Part shown: positions 1 through 9,025 of the stretch, piece after piece
How the letters are laid out: each line of letters starts with the position of its first letter
How positions within the stretch are numbered: position 1 is the stretch's first letter
From: Lachnospiraceae bacterium
GTDB lineage: Bacteria; Bacillota; Clostridia; Lachnospirales; Lachnospiraceae
Assembly: GCA_016282435.1 (NCBI GenBank)
Contig: JAEEKN010000380.1
Location: forward strand, 1-47,936
Length of the DNA: 47,936 bases
Reading direction: 5' to 3'
Notes under the pieces: model-generated
Database searches by the model: none
Told to the model about the DNA's origin: nothing
Seen by the model: the letters and a program-made list of their open reading frames with translations, nothing else
Translations under genes and position numbers: made by a program

Positions 1-297
1 CATACCGCGGGAGCTTCTGCTGTAGATAATAAGTACAGAAGAGATCCGGGAGACGATACCTGCACCGTGATAGCATCTACCGCCAGCCCTTATAAGTTCA
101 CCAGGGCGGTACTCAACTCCATAGATCCTTCTTATGATAAAAAAGATGATTTTGAACTGTTCGACGAACTGAACAAGCTCTCAAATGTAGCCATACCTCA
201 GGCTATCAAGGACATCCTGGAAGCACCGGTACTTCATGACACTGTATGCGAGAAGGATGGACTTGAGAAAGAAGTTGAGAGAATATATAACCTATAA
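1..297 (+). CDS. thrC: Threonine synthase, C-terminal fragment (5' end outside window)
   Basis: Frame 1 is open from nt 1 (HTAGASAVDNKYRRDPGDDTCTVIASTASPYKF...) to TAA at 295-297. The STASPYKF block matches the TAHPxKF region near the C-terminus of long-form threonine synthases. The start at 67 in the ORF track is internal. Confidence 0.6.
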   Translation, partial: HTAGASAVDNKYRRDPGDDTCTVIASTASPYKFTRAVLNSIDPSYDKKDDFELFDELNKLSNVAIPQAIKDILEAPVLHDTVCEKDGLEKEVERIYNL

Positions 298-352
298 GTT
301 ATAAACCCACTTATAATACATTAACTATATAAATGTTATAGAAACTAATTTT

Positions 353-379
353 ACCGGGCGGAACAGTGCCCGGTTTTTC
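353..379 (+). terminator. Rho-independent terminator after thrC
   Basis: ACCGGGC (353-359) / GCCCGGT (368-374) stem with an 8-nt loop, followed by TTTTT. Confidence 0.75.
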
Positions 380-510
380 TATTTGTGTCAGATTTCACAA
401 AAATGTCACAAACTTGTTAAAAAAGTGACAAAGCCCCATGTTTTAATGGTTCCATAGCTGATTATCTACTGGAAATTGGCTAATTGTTCATTAACGGGGG
501 GAAAAAGTAC

Positions 511-539
511 TTGAACTTTTCAAAAGTTAGTGGTACAAT
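511..539 (+). promoter_or_regulatory. Sigma-A type promoter for the surface-protein gene
   Basis: TTGAAC (511-516), 17-nt spacer, TACAAT (534-539) with TG at 531-532 (extended -10). Leaves a ~90-nt 5' UTR before the ATG at 633. Confidence 0.6.
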
Positions 540-632
540 CAATCCGTTATTGGAATGATTTGCTATGTGTGAGTATGCAGCATGTGGCATATCGACAACC
601 ATCACACTATTTCTAAGGAGGAAAAAAAGAAC

Positions 633-3497
633 ATGAAGAAATTCTTCAAGGCTCTTGCTCTCGTCCTTGCACTTACTCTTGTGATTGGTACTATCCCTGC
701 TTCTGCAGCTATTAACTTTGAGCTTAAGCAGAAGAGCAAGATCATCTACATTGATGGTTCAAAGGGTACCAAGAAAGACGCTGACGGCAACGTCGTAAAG
801 TGCAAGACTGTGAACAAGTACACAGTAACAAAGCTGATCAAAGGTTTTGACGCTGACACAATGGACGTTAAGATCACAACAGCTGACAAGACAATTGCGT
901 CAAAGAACAACAAGTACGACCGTGTATATGCAAAGGGCATAGGCACAACAACCGCAACAATCAAGATTTACTACAAGGATGATCTGAAGTCAGACATCGG
1001 AACTCTTAAACTTAAAGTTAAGGTTAAGAAGAACGCTACAGATCTTCCTTACTACGTAGCAGATGCAGATCTCAATCTTATTGATGTTGATGCAGACTAC
1101 GTATTCGCTTGCAACACTGACTACTATATCGTACTTAACCGTTACGCTTACTTAGATCCTACAGATCTTACTAAGAAGGTAAAGGTTGATACCGATAAGC
1201 GTGCACTTACCGGTAAAGAGGACGAAGTTGATATCGTAGCTGGCGGCAAGGCTGGTAACATTTTCAAGGTTAACTTCAAGAAGGCAGGCAATATCACTCT
1301 TAAGGCTTCTGCTTATCAGTCAGCTAAGTTTGATCAGCCTACAGTTGAGAAGGAAATCACCGTTAAGGCTGGTTACACTGCTTTAGCAGTAGCTCAGTCT
1401 TCACTTAACAAGGCAGTTGTTACATTTGCTCAGCCCGTAGCTAAGGGAAATCTTGCAAATGATAACTTCAAGCTTTACACCAAGGTTGCTGATACCGAGA
1501 GAACAGAGTCTACTGTAAAGGGTATCACATATGATGAGACTGAAAAAGAGAAAGTATATGTAGAGTTCAACTCTAACTTTGCAGCTGACAAGGAATACTT
1601 CGTAAGCTACAACGGCGTAGAAGTAGGAAGCTTCAAGGCTATCAAGGTTACTGCTGATTCAGTTAAGTTCATCGAGCTCGTTCCTAATCAGGAATTCGAA
1701 GTAAATACTACCGGAACTCTTAAGTTCATCCTCTTCGATGAGAATAAGATTGATATCACATCAGCTTATCCTAACGGTGTTCTTAACGGAACTATCGAAG
1801 CTAAGCTTGCTGACACAGCTGATACCACAAGCAATATCTGGGGAACAGATATCGTTCTTGGCAAGGTAGACACAAGCTATGATGTAAACATTTCTTACTC
1901 ATGGTATGATTCAACAGGTATCGCTCAGAAGGTTGAAGGTACCGGCGTTGTTAGATGTATCCCTAAGAAGGTTTGGGAGCAGGTATCTTTCAACGGTGCT
2001 ATTACAAAGGGCGTTTCAGAGCGTATCTTTAAGGACAATGCTATCAATGCTAAGTGTGTAACTGTTAAGCATTTTGCGCTTGGTGATGCTGATCTTCAGC
2101 TTCAGGCAGCAGTTGGTTTTGCTCTTAAGGGAACCACAAAGTATGATATAATTGATGATAATGGTTATACCATTAACACTACTGAGCCTTATGCTTATAC
2201 AAGCTACAGAGCAGAAGCTGGTAACCCTAACGTTGCTATGGTAACTACTGGTAACAAGGTTCATGCTACAGGCGAAGGTACTACAGATATCGTTATCTAT
2301 GGTACAAAGGTTGATGCAAACGGAAATTATATTGAAGAAGTAGTTGGTTCTATACCTGTAAAGGTAGAGCCTGCTAGAAAGGTTACCCAGTTCAAGGTTA
2401 ACCCTTCAAAGACAACTCTTAACCAGGCTTATGCATCTGATTCTATCGGATTTGATCTTGTAGTTCTTGATCAGTACGGTGAGGAATTAGATGGCAAGAA
2501 GGTTACTATCAAGCAGATATATGCTGCTAACTATGATGGACCTAAGGTAGCTGGTGCATATGGTGATAATAGCTTAGTAGTTTACTCAAGCTCTAACACC
2601 AATGTTAAGGAATACACACTTGCTCAGGGCAATATCGAACAGAAGATTAAGGATAGCAAGGTTGTATCAGCTACTCTTGTTCTTGAGTTCGAGTGTGAGG
2701 GCTTAAAGTACAGAGTATCTAATATTGACTGTGGTTATGCTGCTAAGGCAGACAGACAGCAGATCAACCTTAGTGCAGCAGAACTTAAGACTGGTATTGT
2801 TACAAAGACAGAAAGCACTTTTGATGATAATGGCGATTGGACATTCTCTAGAAAGTCAATAACTGTATCACTTAACGGATTAGCACAGAATAAGTATGCT
2901 GTAACTGGTGCTGCTGTATCATATGTTGAAAAGGCTGAGGTAATCAAGGATACTTCTGCTACTGAAAACTTCTACAGATATACTGTAAAGAAGGACGGAG
3001 TTCTTGTTAAGGGAGCAGATATTAAGAATTTCTACGGAAATCAGTTCAATAACGTTATGGCTGAGGGTTACAATATTGTTGTTTCTGGTTCTGCAGTTTC
3101 ACTTGTAGCATCAGGTGCTGCAGTTAAGATGGCAGCTGGTACCTATACTATTGACCTTTATGAGTACAGAATTACTACCGGTAACGATGGAAAGAAGATT
3201 GCTACTCCTTACCTTGTAGATTCTAAGAACTTCAAGGTAGTTGATGATCAGGTTGGTCTTACATTCACTGCAAAGACTATCGAAGGTCTTGGTGATGTAA
3301 CTCTTAATGAGGCAACTCTCCGTGGCTGCTTCGAGTTCAAGTTCAATGGTGCTGTTGTTACTGATGTAGCTCTTGATTACACTGTAACAGGCGATGGAAC
3401 TCAGGCTCGTGTAGCTAAAGCTACATACACTATCAAGAACGTTGACCTTGGTGAATTCAAGGTATCTACAAATGTTGGTGTAGTAGTTAGAAAGTAA
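633..3497 (+). CDS. Large secreted cell-surface protein with bacterial Ig-like (Big_2-type) domains; S-layer/adhesin-like
   Basis: ATG at 633 is preceded by AAGGAGG (615-621). The ORF-track start at 582 only adds 17 polar residues ahead of a textbook signal peptide (MKKFFKALALVLALTLVIGTIPASAA). The mature part is Thr/Lys/Val/Asp-rich and beta-type, with Big_2-like blocks (AKGIGTTTATIKIYY, ATGEGTTDIVIYG). No LPXTG or SLH motif seen. Strongly biased codon choice (AAG, GCT, GTT, ACT, CTT). Confidence 0.8.
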   Translation: MKKFFKALALVLALTLVIGTIPASAAINFELKQKSKIIYIDGSKGTKKDADGNVVKCKTVNKYTVTKLIKGFDADTMDVKITTADKTIASKNNKYDRVYAKGIGTTTATIKIYYKDDLKSDIGTLKLKVKVKKNATDLPYYVADADLNLIDVDADYVFACNTDYYIVLNRYAYLDPTDLTKKVKVDTDKRALTGKEDEVDIVAGGKAGNIFKVNFKKAGNITLKASAYQSAKFDQPTVEKEITVKAGYTALAVAQSSLNKAVVTFAQPVAKGNLANDNFKLYTKVADTERTESTVKGITYDETEKEKVYVEFNSNFAADKEYFVSYNGVEVGSFKAIKVTADSVKFIELVPNQEFEVNTTGTLKFILFDENKIDITSAYPNGVLNGTIEAKLADTADTTSNIWGTDIVLGKVDTSYDVNISYSWYDSTGIAQKVEGTGVVRCIPKKVWEQVSFNGAITKGVSERIFKDNAINAKCVTVKHFALGDADLQLQAAVGFALKGTTKYDIIDDNGYTINTTEPYAYTSYRAEAGNPNVAMVTTGNKVHATGEGTTDIVIYGTKVDANGNYIEEVVGSIPVKVEPARKVTQFKVNPSKTTLNQAYASDSIGFDLVVLDQYGEELDGKKVTIKQIYAANYDGPKVAGAYGDNSLVVYSSSNTNVKEYTLAQGNIEQKIKDSKVVSATLVLEFECEGLKYRVSNIDCGYAAKADRQQINLSAAELKTGIVTKTESTFDDNGDWTFSRKSITVSLNGLAQNKYAVTGAAVSYVEKAEVIKDTSATENFYRYTVKKDGVLVKGADIKNFYGNQFNNVMAEGYNIVVSGSAVSLVASGAAVKMAAGTYTIDLYEYRITTGNDGKKIATPYLVDSKNFKVVDDQVGLTFTAKTIEGLGDVTLNEATLRGCFEFKFNGAVVTDVALDYTVTGDGTQARVAKATYTIKNVDLGEFKVSTNVGVVVRK

Positions 3498-3520
3498 TTT
3501 CTAATCTAAAGGACTAAAAA

Positions 3521-3553
3521 GAAGAGGTTTCCGAAAGGGAACCTCTTTTTATT
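3521..3553 (+). terminator. Rho-independent terminator after the surface-protein gene
   Basis: GAAGAGGTTTCC-GAAA-GGGAACCTCTT hairpin followed by TTTTATT. Confidence 0.8.
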
Positions 3554-3585
3554 GCGTTACCATTGAGAAAATCAATTTTGACTAC

Positions 3586-3620
3586 CAAAAATAAGAAGGC
3601 CACAGGAATCCCTGTGGCTC
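3586..3620 (-). terminator. Rho-independent terminator of the minus-strand adenylase gene
   Basis: GCCACAGG-AATC-CCTGTGGC hairpin. On the minus strand it is followed by CTTCTTATTTTT. Confidence 0.6.
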
Positions 3621-3662
3621 GTTGCTTGGAGAAATACAAGCAGCTATAGTAAACTGATTTGA

Positions 3663-5744
3663 TTATATATAATAGACCACATTATCCTTTTTCTTCATGG
3701 GAAGTCCGTCTGCAGAGGGATATCCAAATGCGGCAGCTGCCCACACGGTATGTTTCTCAGGTATTCCGTACCTGTCAAGCAGGCTCTTTACGGGCTCCTT
3801 GTCCCTTAATGTCATCAGAGGATTGAGCCATACCGAACCGAGCCCCAGGGACAAAGCCGCAAGCATCATGTTCTCCACGGCGCATGAAGCATCCTGACAT
3901 CCGTCTGCGTTTCTCGAATCGTTTGATACCAGAACGATAGCTTTGGGATTCTCAAATCCGAAGAAACCTGTCTTATTGATTTTTGCAGTTTCAGCAGTTT
4001 TTTCCTTCAGCTCCTCTATATCTTCCTTTTTGGTCAGGACCGTAAATCTCCACGTCTGAAGATTCTTGCCGCTCGGCGCGTGATAGCCACATTTTATGAT
4101 AAGTTTCAAAACCTCAGGATCTATCTCCTGATCCGTAAACTTTCTGACACTTCTTCGCGAGAGAATATTGTCTATGACTGGCGTCATGAGGTCAGAACTA
4201 CTCCTGTTGTCCCACATTTTACGCAGCTCATTACGGTTTATCTTCTGCATTCTGTTCCTCGGAAGAGCTTCTATCTTTACAAACTTCTGCGGAATCTTGT
4301 ATTTCTCCATGCAACAGGCCAGATAGCTCTTAAACTCTTCCTCATTGTATGAACCGGTAGTCACTATGAACAATACCGGAATCTGTCCCAACATTCCTTC
4401 TGTATCTTCTGCACCGATGCAAGCACATTCATGTATACCGTGATACTGCCCGGCAAGATTCTCGACCTCTATCGGAGATACCTTGTCTCCGCCTACGTTT
4501 ATGATGTCGTCTGCTCGCCCCAGCATAAATATATAGCCATCTTTTAAGTATGCAAGATCTCCGGTAAATACCCAGCCATCTCTTAACGCATCGGCCGTTT
4601 TTTCAGGTTCGTTCCAATACCCTGACATCTGCATAGCACCTCGAAGAGCCATACGTCCGGGATGCGCCTCATCACTATCTATGGAATTTCCTTCCGGATC
4701 TACGAATTTTACTTCTACTTTACCTTTTAGCGGTATCCCGAGAGCTCCTATATATTCTTCCTTTTTCACTACATCGCAGACATCACAGAATATGGCTCCT
4801 CCTGTTTCGGAACTTCCCCATACATTATATATGGCTACACCCTGAAGAAGCTCAGTGATATCACGCCTCTGCCTGATAGAAAGAGAGCCCGCACCAAATT
4901 CGATGTACCTTAAACAACCGAGTACTCTCGTAAAATCATCCTGCATCTGGGAACGCATGACCTCATAAGATGTAGGTACACATGCCATGGCGGTGCAGTT
5001 GAATTTTGTGATATTATTCTCGGCTTCTTTTGCAAATGTAAATCCATTCTGAAGAACCACAGTAGCTCCGATATAGAGATAGGCTCTTAATACTCTTAAT
5101 GCATAGGAGTGATTGAGCGGCAGCGGTAAAAGGACTATGTCGTCCTCATGGATACCTATTCCCTCTATGGTATTTGATAGGATGTTGAAAACAGCCTTAT
5201 AACTCAACATAACCCCTTTGGGTTTTGAAGTGGTCCCTGTGGTGAAGAGAAGTTCAGCCAGCTGGTCTTCTTCCGGTATTTCGTATTTAATCAGTGCTTC
5301 TTTTTCTTCATTATCCTTATCTTCAGTACTTGTTTCTTCGCTGTTATTATGTTCACCAAGAATAACCGCCAGGTCTTTATAGCTCAATTTGTTTACAGTG
5401 TTGTCTTCTAGTTTGCTCAGTTTGTCTGTTACGATGAGAGTACTGCCGGACTCTCTGTATACCAGGAGCATATTGTCCTCGGTACTGCTTTTGTCCAGGA
5501 ATACCGGAATACATCCCATATATTCTATCGCCAGATATGTCACAACAAATAAAGGCTTTGAAACAGCTGATAAACTGATCCTGTCCCCCTTTTTAGCACC
5601 GTTTTCTTGTAAAACTTCCGCAGTTCTTTTTATATTCGTGTTTAATTCGGCGTATGTCAGTATTTCGTTTTTAAAAGCAACAGCCCTTTTATCGGGCTGC
5701 GTCTTTGAGAGTTCTTCTATACGCCTTACAAGTGTATCAAACAA
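3663..5744 (-). CDS. DltA-like adenylate-forming enzyme (carrier-protein ligase) fused to a C-terminal nitroreductase-fold domain
   Basis: TTG start; no other in-frame start lies upstream of the conserved N-terminus. Residues 1 to ~505 carry adenylation cores: LFTTGTTSKPKGVMLSY, NVWGSSETGG, GDLAYLKDGYIFMLGRADDIINVGGDKVSPIEVE, and the catalytic Lys in PRNRMQKINRNEL. Residues 520-693 (nt 3666-4187) are nitroreductase-like (ILSRRSVRKF...YHAPSGKNLQTWRF). Confidence 0.8.
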   Translation of the reverse strand: MFDTLVRRIEELSKTQPDKRAVAFKNEILTYAELNTNIKRTAEVLQENGAKKGDRISLSAVSKPLFVVTYLAIEYMGCIPVFLDKSSTEDNMLLVYRESGSTLIVTDKLSKLEDNTVNKLSYKDLAVILGEHNNSEETSTEDKDNEEKEALIKYEIPEEDQLAELLFTTGTTSKPKGVMLSYKAVFNILSNTIEGIGIHEDDIVLLPLPLNHSYALRVLRAYLYIGATVVLQNGFTFAKEAENNITKFNCTAMACVPTSYEVMRSQMQDDFTRVLGCLRYIEFGAGSLSIRQRRDITELLQGVAIYNVWGSSETGGAIFCDVCDVVKKEEYIGALGIPLKGKVEVKFVDPEGNSIDSDEAHPGRMALRGAMQMSGYWNEPEKTADALRDGWVFTGDLAYLKDGYIFMLGRADDIINVGGDKVSPIEVENLAGQYHGIHECACIGAEDTEGMLGQIPVLFIVTTGSYNEEEFKSYLACCMEKYKIPQKFVKIEALPRNRMQKINRNELRKMWDNRSSSDLMTPVIDNILSRRSVRKFTDQEIDPEVLKLIIKCGYHAPSGKNLQTWRFTVLTKKEDIEELKEKTAETAKINKTGFFGFENPKAIVLVSNDSRNADGCQDASCAVENMMLAALSLGLGSVWLNPLMTLRDKEPVKSLLDRYGIPEKHTVWAAAAFGYPSADGLPMKKKDNVVYYI

Positions 5745-5821
5745 TTTGGCTACCTGCCTCTCATATTTGTAATAATGTAGTCGTCTTACTTTAGTATACT
5801 ATGCTACGATATTTCCTCAGA

Positions 5822-6052
5822 TTACTCGTTCTGTAATCTCTCTACCATAGCTGCAAGTCCCTTGATGGAGTTGAAATTCTCCTCTATGATCTCCTCGTAA
5901 GGAATCTCAATATCAAACTCCATATTAAGTGTAGAGATGATGCTAACGATTGTCAGCGAATCCAGTATACCATCATCTACCAATGCATCCGATGCAGTGA
6001 AATCAATCTGTGGGAACTCACTTGATAAAACTTCTAAAACTTTTTCTTCCAT
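5822..6052 (-). CDS. DltC-like acyl/aminoacyl carrier protein
   Basis: 76 aa, with GGAGG 6 nt upstream of the ATG. Phosphopantetheine attachment motif DGILDSLTIV. Acidic, carrier-protein size, and sits directly upstream of the adenylase gene. Confidence 0.8.
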   Translation of the reverse strand: MEEKVLEVLSSEFPQIDFTASDALVDDGILDSLTIVSIISTLNMEFDIEIPYEEIIEENFNSIKGLAAMVERLQNE

Positions 6053-6221
6053 TTTAATCCTCCATTAAATAGCAGTATTTATAAATTTCGTACAAAGTCA
6101 ATGTCACCTCAAAAACATCTTCAGTGTTTCTTTAGATAACAAAACGATGCTACGCATCTCCTTTATTATATTATATAATTAACAGGAGGTAAATGCAATA
6201 AAAAGTTCTTGATTTGGATAC

Positions 6222-6251
6222 AAAAAAAGAAGAGTCCCTTAAAGACTCTTC
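6222..6251 (-). terminator. Rho-independent terminator downstream of tRNA-Trp
   Basis: Minus strand reads GAAGAGTC-TTTAAGG-GACTCTTC followed by TTTTTTT (plus-strand A-run 6222-6228). Confidence 0.8.
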
Positions 6252-6256
6252 CGGTA

Positions 6257-6329
6257 CAGGGGCAGTAGGATTCGAACCCACGACCTGCGGTTTTGGAGAC
6301 CGTTATTCTACCAGCTGAACTATACCCCT
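6257..6329 (-). tRNA. trnW: tRNA-Trp (anticodon CCA)
   Basis: Minus-strand 73-mer: AGGGGTATAGTTCAGCTGGTAGAATAACGGTCTCCAAAACCGCAGGTCGTGGGTTCGAATCCTACTGCCCCTG. It folds by hand into a cloverleaf: 7-bp acceptor AGGGGTA/TGCCCCT, D arm GTTC/GAAT, anticodon stem CGGT/ACCG with loop CTCCAAA, and T arm GTGGG-TTCGAAT-CCTAC. The 3' CCA is not encoded. Close to the E. coli tRNA-Trp sequence as I recall it. Confidence 0.93.
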
Positions 6330-6384
6330 AGAAACAAGCACTTATGTATAATACTACAAAAAATGCCTGTTGTCAACAAAAATT

Positions 6385-7980
6385 TTAAAAATCTCTGTAA
6401 AGGAAATCTCCGGTATTTAATCCGGCCCCATACATACCATATATCAGGATGATAAATATGGCGGCATATACCACGGCCCATCTGAATACGAGGTTCTGCT
6501 CCTCCAGCTTTTCGCGGACCTTAAATCTTTCCTGCATCATGCTGACAGCCCATACAATAAGAATGGAAACAAATACTATCACGTAATCATAGGTATCAAG
6601 CCCTGTATTGCTAAAGATGCTGCCGCTGTACAATACCCAGGGATTGTTGTGTGTCCAAATATGTCCCAGGATGTTGAGGCCGTCTTTTAAGCCGTCAGAG
6701 ATGAAGAATACACGTCCTATACAGCATAGGATAAAGGTTCTGGTCATCTGGAACAGACGGAAACTGAAGCAGTCCCGTTTTATCTTAAGCTTATCACATC
6801 CTTTGTTTATCAGCGGTCCGAATGCCATACCGAGGGCTATGAGTACGCCGTGATATAATCCCCAGGCTATGTATTTCCATGAAGCGCCGTGCCAGAAGCC
6901 TGTCAGGAACCATACGACCATGATGGGGATGATGCCTGTGATGATACGACCTGCCTCAGCACCCCAGGATTTCCTGAGTTTACGGTTCAGATTCTGGAAC
7001 CATCCGGCGGTCGATATCGGGAAAAATACATAGTCCTTGAACCATGTACCTAGGGATACATGCCATCTTCTCCAGAACTCCGGTATTGTCTTTGAAAAAT
7101 AAGGATGGTCAAAGTTCTTCGACAGCTCTATGCCGAACATCTTTGCAATACCGGTGATGATGTCCATGCAACCCGAAAAGTCGGCGTATATCTGGATGGA
7201 ATACAGAACGATTGCCAGGATCAGTTCATATCTTCCAAACTTGCTCCAGTCATCAAATATTACGTTCTCGACCATTACAGCTATACGGTCAGCCAGAACC
7301 AGCTTCTTGAACAGACCGTACAACATTAGCTCAAAACCGAATTTTATGTTTTTGAATTCAAACTTGTGCTCTGCAGTCAGCTGTCCGGCCAGATCCTTGT
7401 ATCTTGCGATGGGACCCTGAACTATTTGAGGGAAGAAAGATATAAACAGAGCATATTTTAACGGGTTCTTCTCTGCAGTTACTTTTTCATTGTATACATC
7501 CATGATATATCCTATGGACTGGAATGTATAAAACGAGATTCCGAGAGGAAGAATGATATTGATCTTGGGTTTCTTAAACGAAAAACCTAAAAGTTTCGAC
7601 AGGTTTTTGATATTGTCGAGTGTAAAATCGGTGTACTTACATACGTATAAAAGACCAAGAAGGATGATGACATTTAGTACCAGTACACGTCTCTTTTTCT
7701 TCTTGAATTTCTCTTTTATGGCACGTTTACCGTCTCTGTCCAGTCCCTCGGCTTTCAACTCATCCTTCTGGCGGTCGGTCTTTTTCTGGATCCTGATACC
7801 GAAGAACCAGGTGATGAGGATGGATGCACTGAGGAAGATGATGTACCTGACATCGGAAGTGAGATAAAAGCCTATGCTTCCGAGAAGAAGTACGATCCAT
7901 TGAATCTTCTTCGGTAAAATATAGTACAGTAATAACAACACGGCCACGAAGCCGAAATAGTTTAATGAAGTGATGCTCAT
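6385..7980 (-). CDS. MBOAT-family membrane O-acyltransferase (DltB/AlgI-like)
   Basis: Multi-pass membrane protein with MBOAT blocks SFYTFQSIGYIMDVY and FWRRWHVSLGTWFKDYVFFP (conserved His). Confidence 0.85.
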   Translation of the reverse strand: MSITSLNYFGFVAVLLLLYYILPKKIQWIVLLLGSIGFYLTSDVRYIIFLSASILITWFFGIRIQKKTDRQKDELKAEGLDRDGKRAIKEKFKKKKRRVLVLNVIILLGLLYVCKYTDFTLDNIKNLSKLLGFSFKKPKINIILPLGISFYTFQSIGYIMDVYNEKVTAEKNPLKYALFISFFPQIVQGPIARYKDLAGQLTAEHKFEFKNIKFGFELMLYGLFKKLVLADRIAVMVENVIFDDWSKFGRYELILAIVLYSIQIYADFSGCMDIITGIAKMFGIELSKNFDHPYFSKTIPEFWRRWHVSLGTWFKDYVFFPISTAGWFQNLNRKLRKSWGAEAGRIITGIIPIMVVWFLTGFWHGASWKYIAWGLYHGVLIALGMAFGPLINKGCDKLKIKRDCFSFRLFQMTRTFILCCIGRVFFISDGLKDGLNILGHIWTHNNPWVLYSGSIFSNTGLDTYDYVIVFVSILIVWAVSMMQERFKVREKLEEQNLVFRWAVVYAAIFIILIYGMYGAGLNTGDFLYRDF

Positions 7981-7993
7981 GGTGATTTCCTGT

Positions 7994-9013
7994 TTATTTA
8001 AATGAGTAGTTTTCCTTTATGTAATTCCCGATATATTCCGAAAGTTTCCGGCATCCCGACAGATTTAGATGTCCCGAGTTCTGGTAGTCACTGAATCCGA
8101 GCCCCAGTTCCTTGATCATTGTACATATATCGAGGCACTGTACGTTGGGATTGTCTTTATAGAAGTCCCGAAGATAATTCATCAGCGGGATTGTTTCCTT
8201 GGGAGTCTCATTCGATACGAAGGAAGGGATGGACAGGAGCAGAACCTTTGCACCATGTTCTTCGGCAATCCTGACCATTTCTTTGAAATACTTGTCCTGA
8301 GTCTCGTCCGGCTCTGCTATATCGGTGATTTTGGAATAATCCTTTGTAAAATACTTTTTACCGTTGTCTTCCCACTCTCGGTTTACCGAGTACGGCATGT
8401 ATCCGCGGCTCTCGGCCATGACTTCGTCAGGATACTGTCCCTCGTAAGGAAAATCAGGATTGAGATCCATCATGTAGGCAAAATCCACGCTGTCGATCTC
8501 ACGGAATCTTCCATGGAACCGCAGGAGAGGCATGATGAGTTCTGCTTTCATCTTGTCATCGAATCCCATTTCGAGGGCGGCTTTGATTTTTAAGAGTGAA
8601 AAGGGAAGAGATTGGACGGTACGCTGTATATGCGACTCCATCAGGTGTTCCTTCGCCGGTATGTACATGGATGTTTCGAGAACGATAAGCTGAGGGTTCT
8701 GAGTCGTCAGGGTGTCTATAAAACGGAAATACATATTGCTGGCCCTAAGCCCCTGGATACCGTAATTATATGATGTAGTACCGGATATCTCGTCTATTAT
8801 CACCGGGTTCAATCCACGGTTGGTTCTGGAATTCCCGTAGAACATCACATTTATGCTGTTCTTTTCCATGTTATTGTAATCATCGTATTTTCCGTAACAG
8901 CCTTCCTTTAGTTCGAAGATGTTCTGGACATGAGAAAAGAGAAGGAAGAAGATAGTGACAAATGCGATGCATGCTACCACATTCTTCCAGTATTTTTTTA
9001 CAAATTCTTTCAT
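7994..9013 (-). CDS. Membrane-anchored extracytoplasmic DltD/SGNH-like partner of the MBOAT protein (tentative)
   Basis: N-terminal anchor (VVACIAFVTIFFLLF) with the rest predicted outside. Separated from the MBOAT gene by 13 nt, the position DltD/AlgJ/PatB-type partners occupy. FYGNSRT and NSGHLN resemble the Ser and His blocks of SGNH/DltD-type enzymes. Coding is certain; the family call is tentative. Confidence 0.55.
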   Translation of the reverse strand: MKEFVKKYWKNVVACIAFVTIFFLLFSHVQNIFELKEGCYGKYDDYNNMEKNSINVMFYGNSRTNRGLNPVIIDEISGTTSYNYGIQGLRASNMYFRFIDTLTTQNPQLIVLETSMYIPAKEHLMESHIQRTVQSLPFSLLKIKAALEMGFDDKMKAELIMPLLRFHGRFREIDSVDFAYMMDLNPDFPYEGQYPDEVMAESRGYMPYSVNREWEDNGKKYFTKDYSKITDIAEPDETQDKYFKEMVRIAEEHGAKVLLLSIPSFVSNETPKETIPLMNYLRDFYKDNPNVQCLDICTMIKELGLGFSDYQNSGHLNLSGCRKLSEYIGNYIKENYSFK

Positions 9014-9025
9014 AAATAAACCTGT

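Noticed and set aside
404-430. Inverted repeat TGTCAC-N15-GTGACA, plus TTTCACAAA/TGTCACAAA half-sites upstream of the surface-protein promoter.
   Set aside because: The arms are only 6 bp with a long AT-rich spacer, and they lie about 80 nt upstream of the -35. It is too weak to call a regulatory site without data.
582-632. Upstream start codons given by the ORF track for the surface protein. The same issue arises for rnfC (20480), TetR (30185), the permease (30957 and 33771), the ATPase (25973), GH3 (37127) and the precursors (44197 and 44493).
   Set aside because: In each case a downstream ATG/GTG has a properly spaced GGAGG-type RBS. The extension either overlaps the upstream gene, precedes a signal peptide, or sits inside the RBS itself.
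6104-6157. 17-codon minus-strand mini-ORF (MRSIVLLSKETLKMFLR) upstream of the carrier-protein gene, considered as a DltX-like peptide.
   Set aside because: The GGAG directly abuts the ATG with no spacer, the ORF is much shorter than DltX, and it has no similarity that I can recognise.
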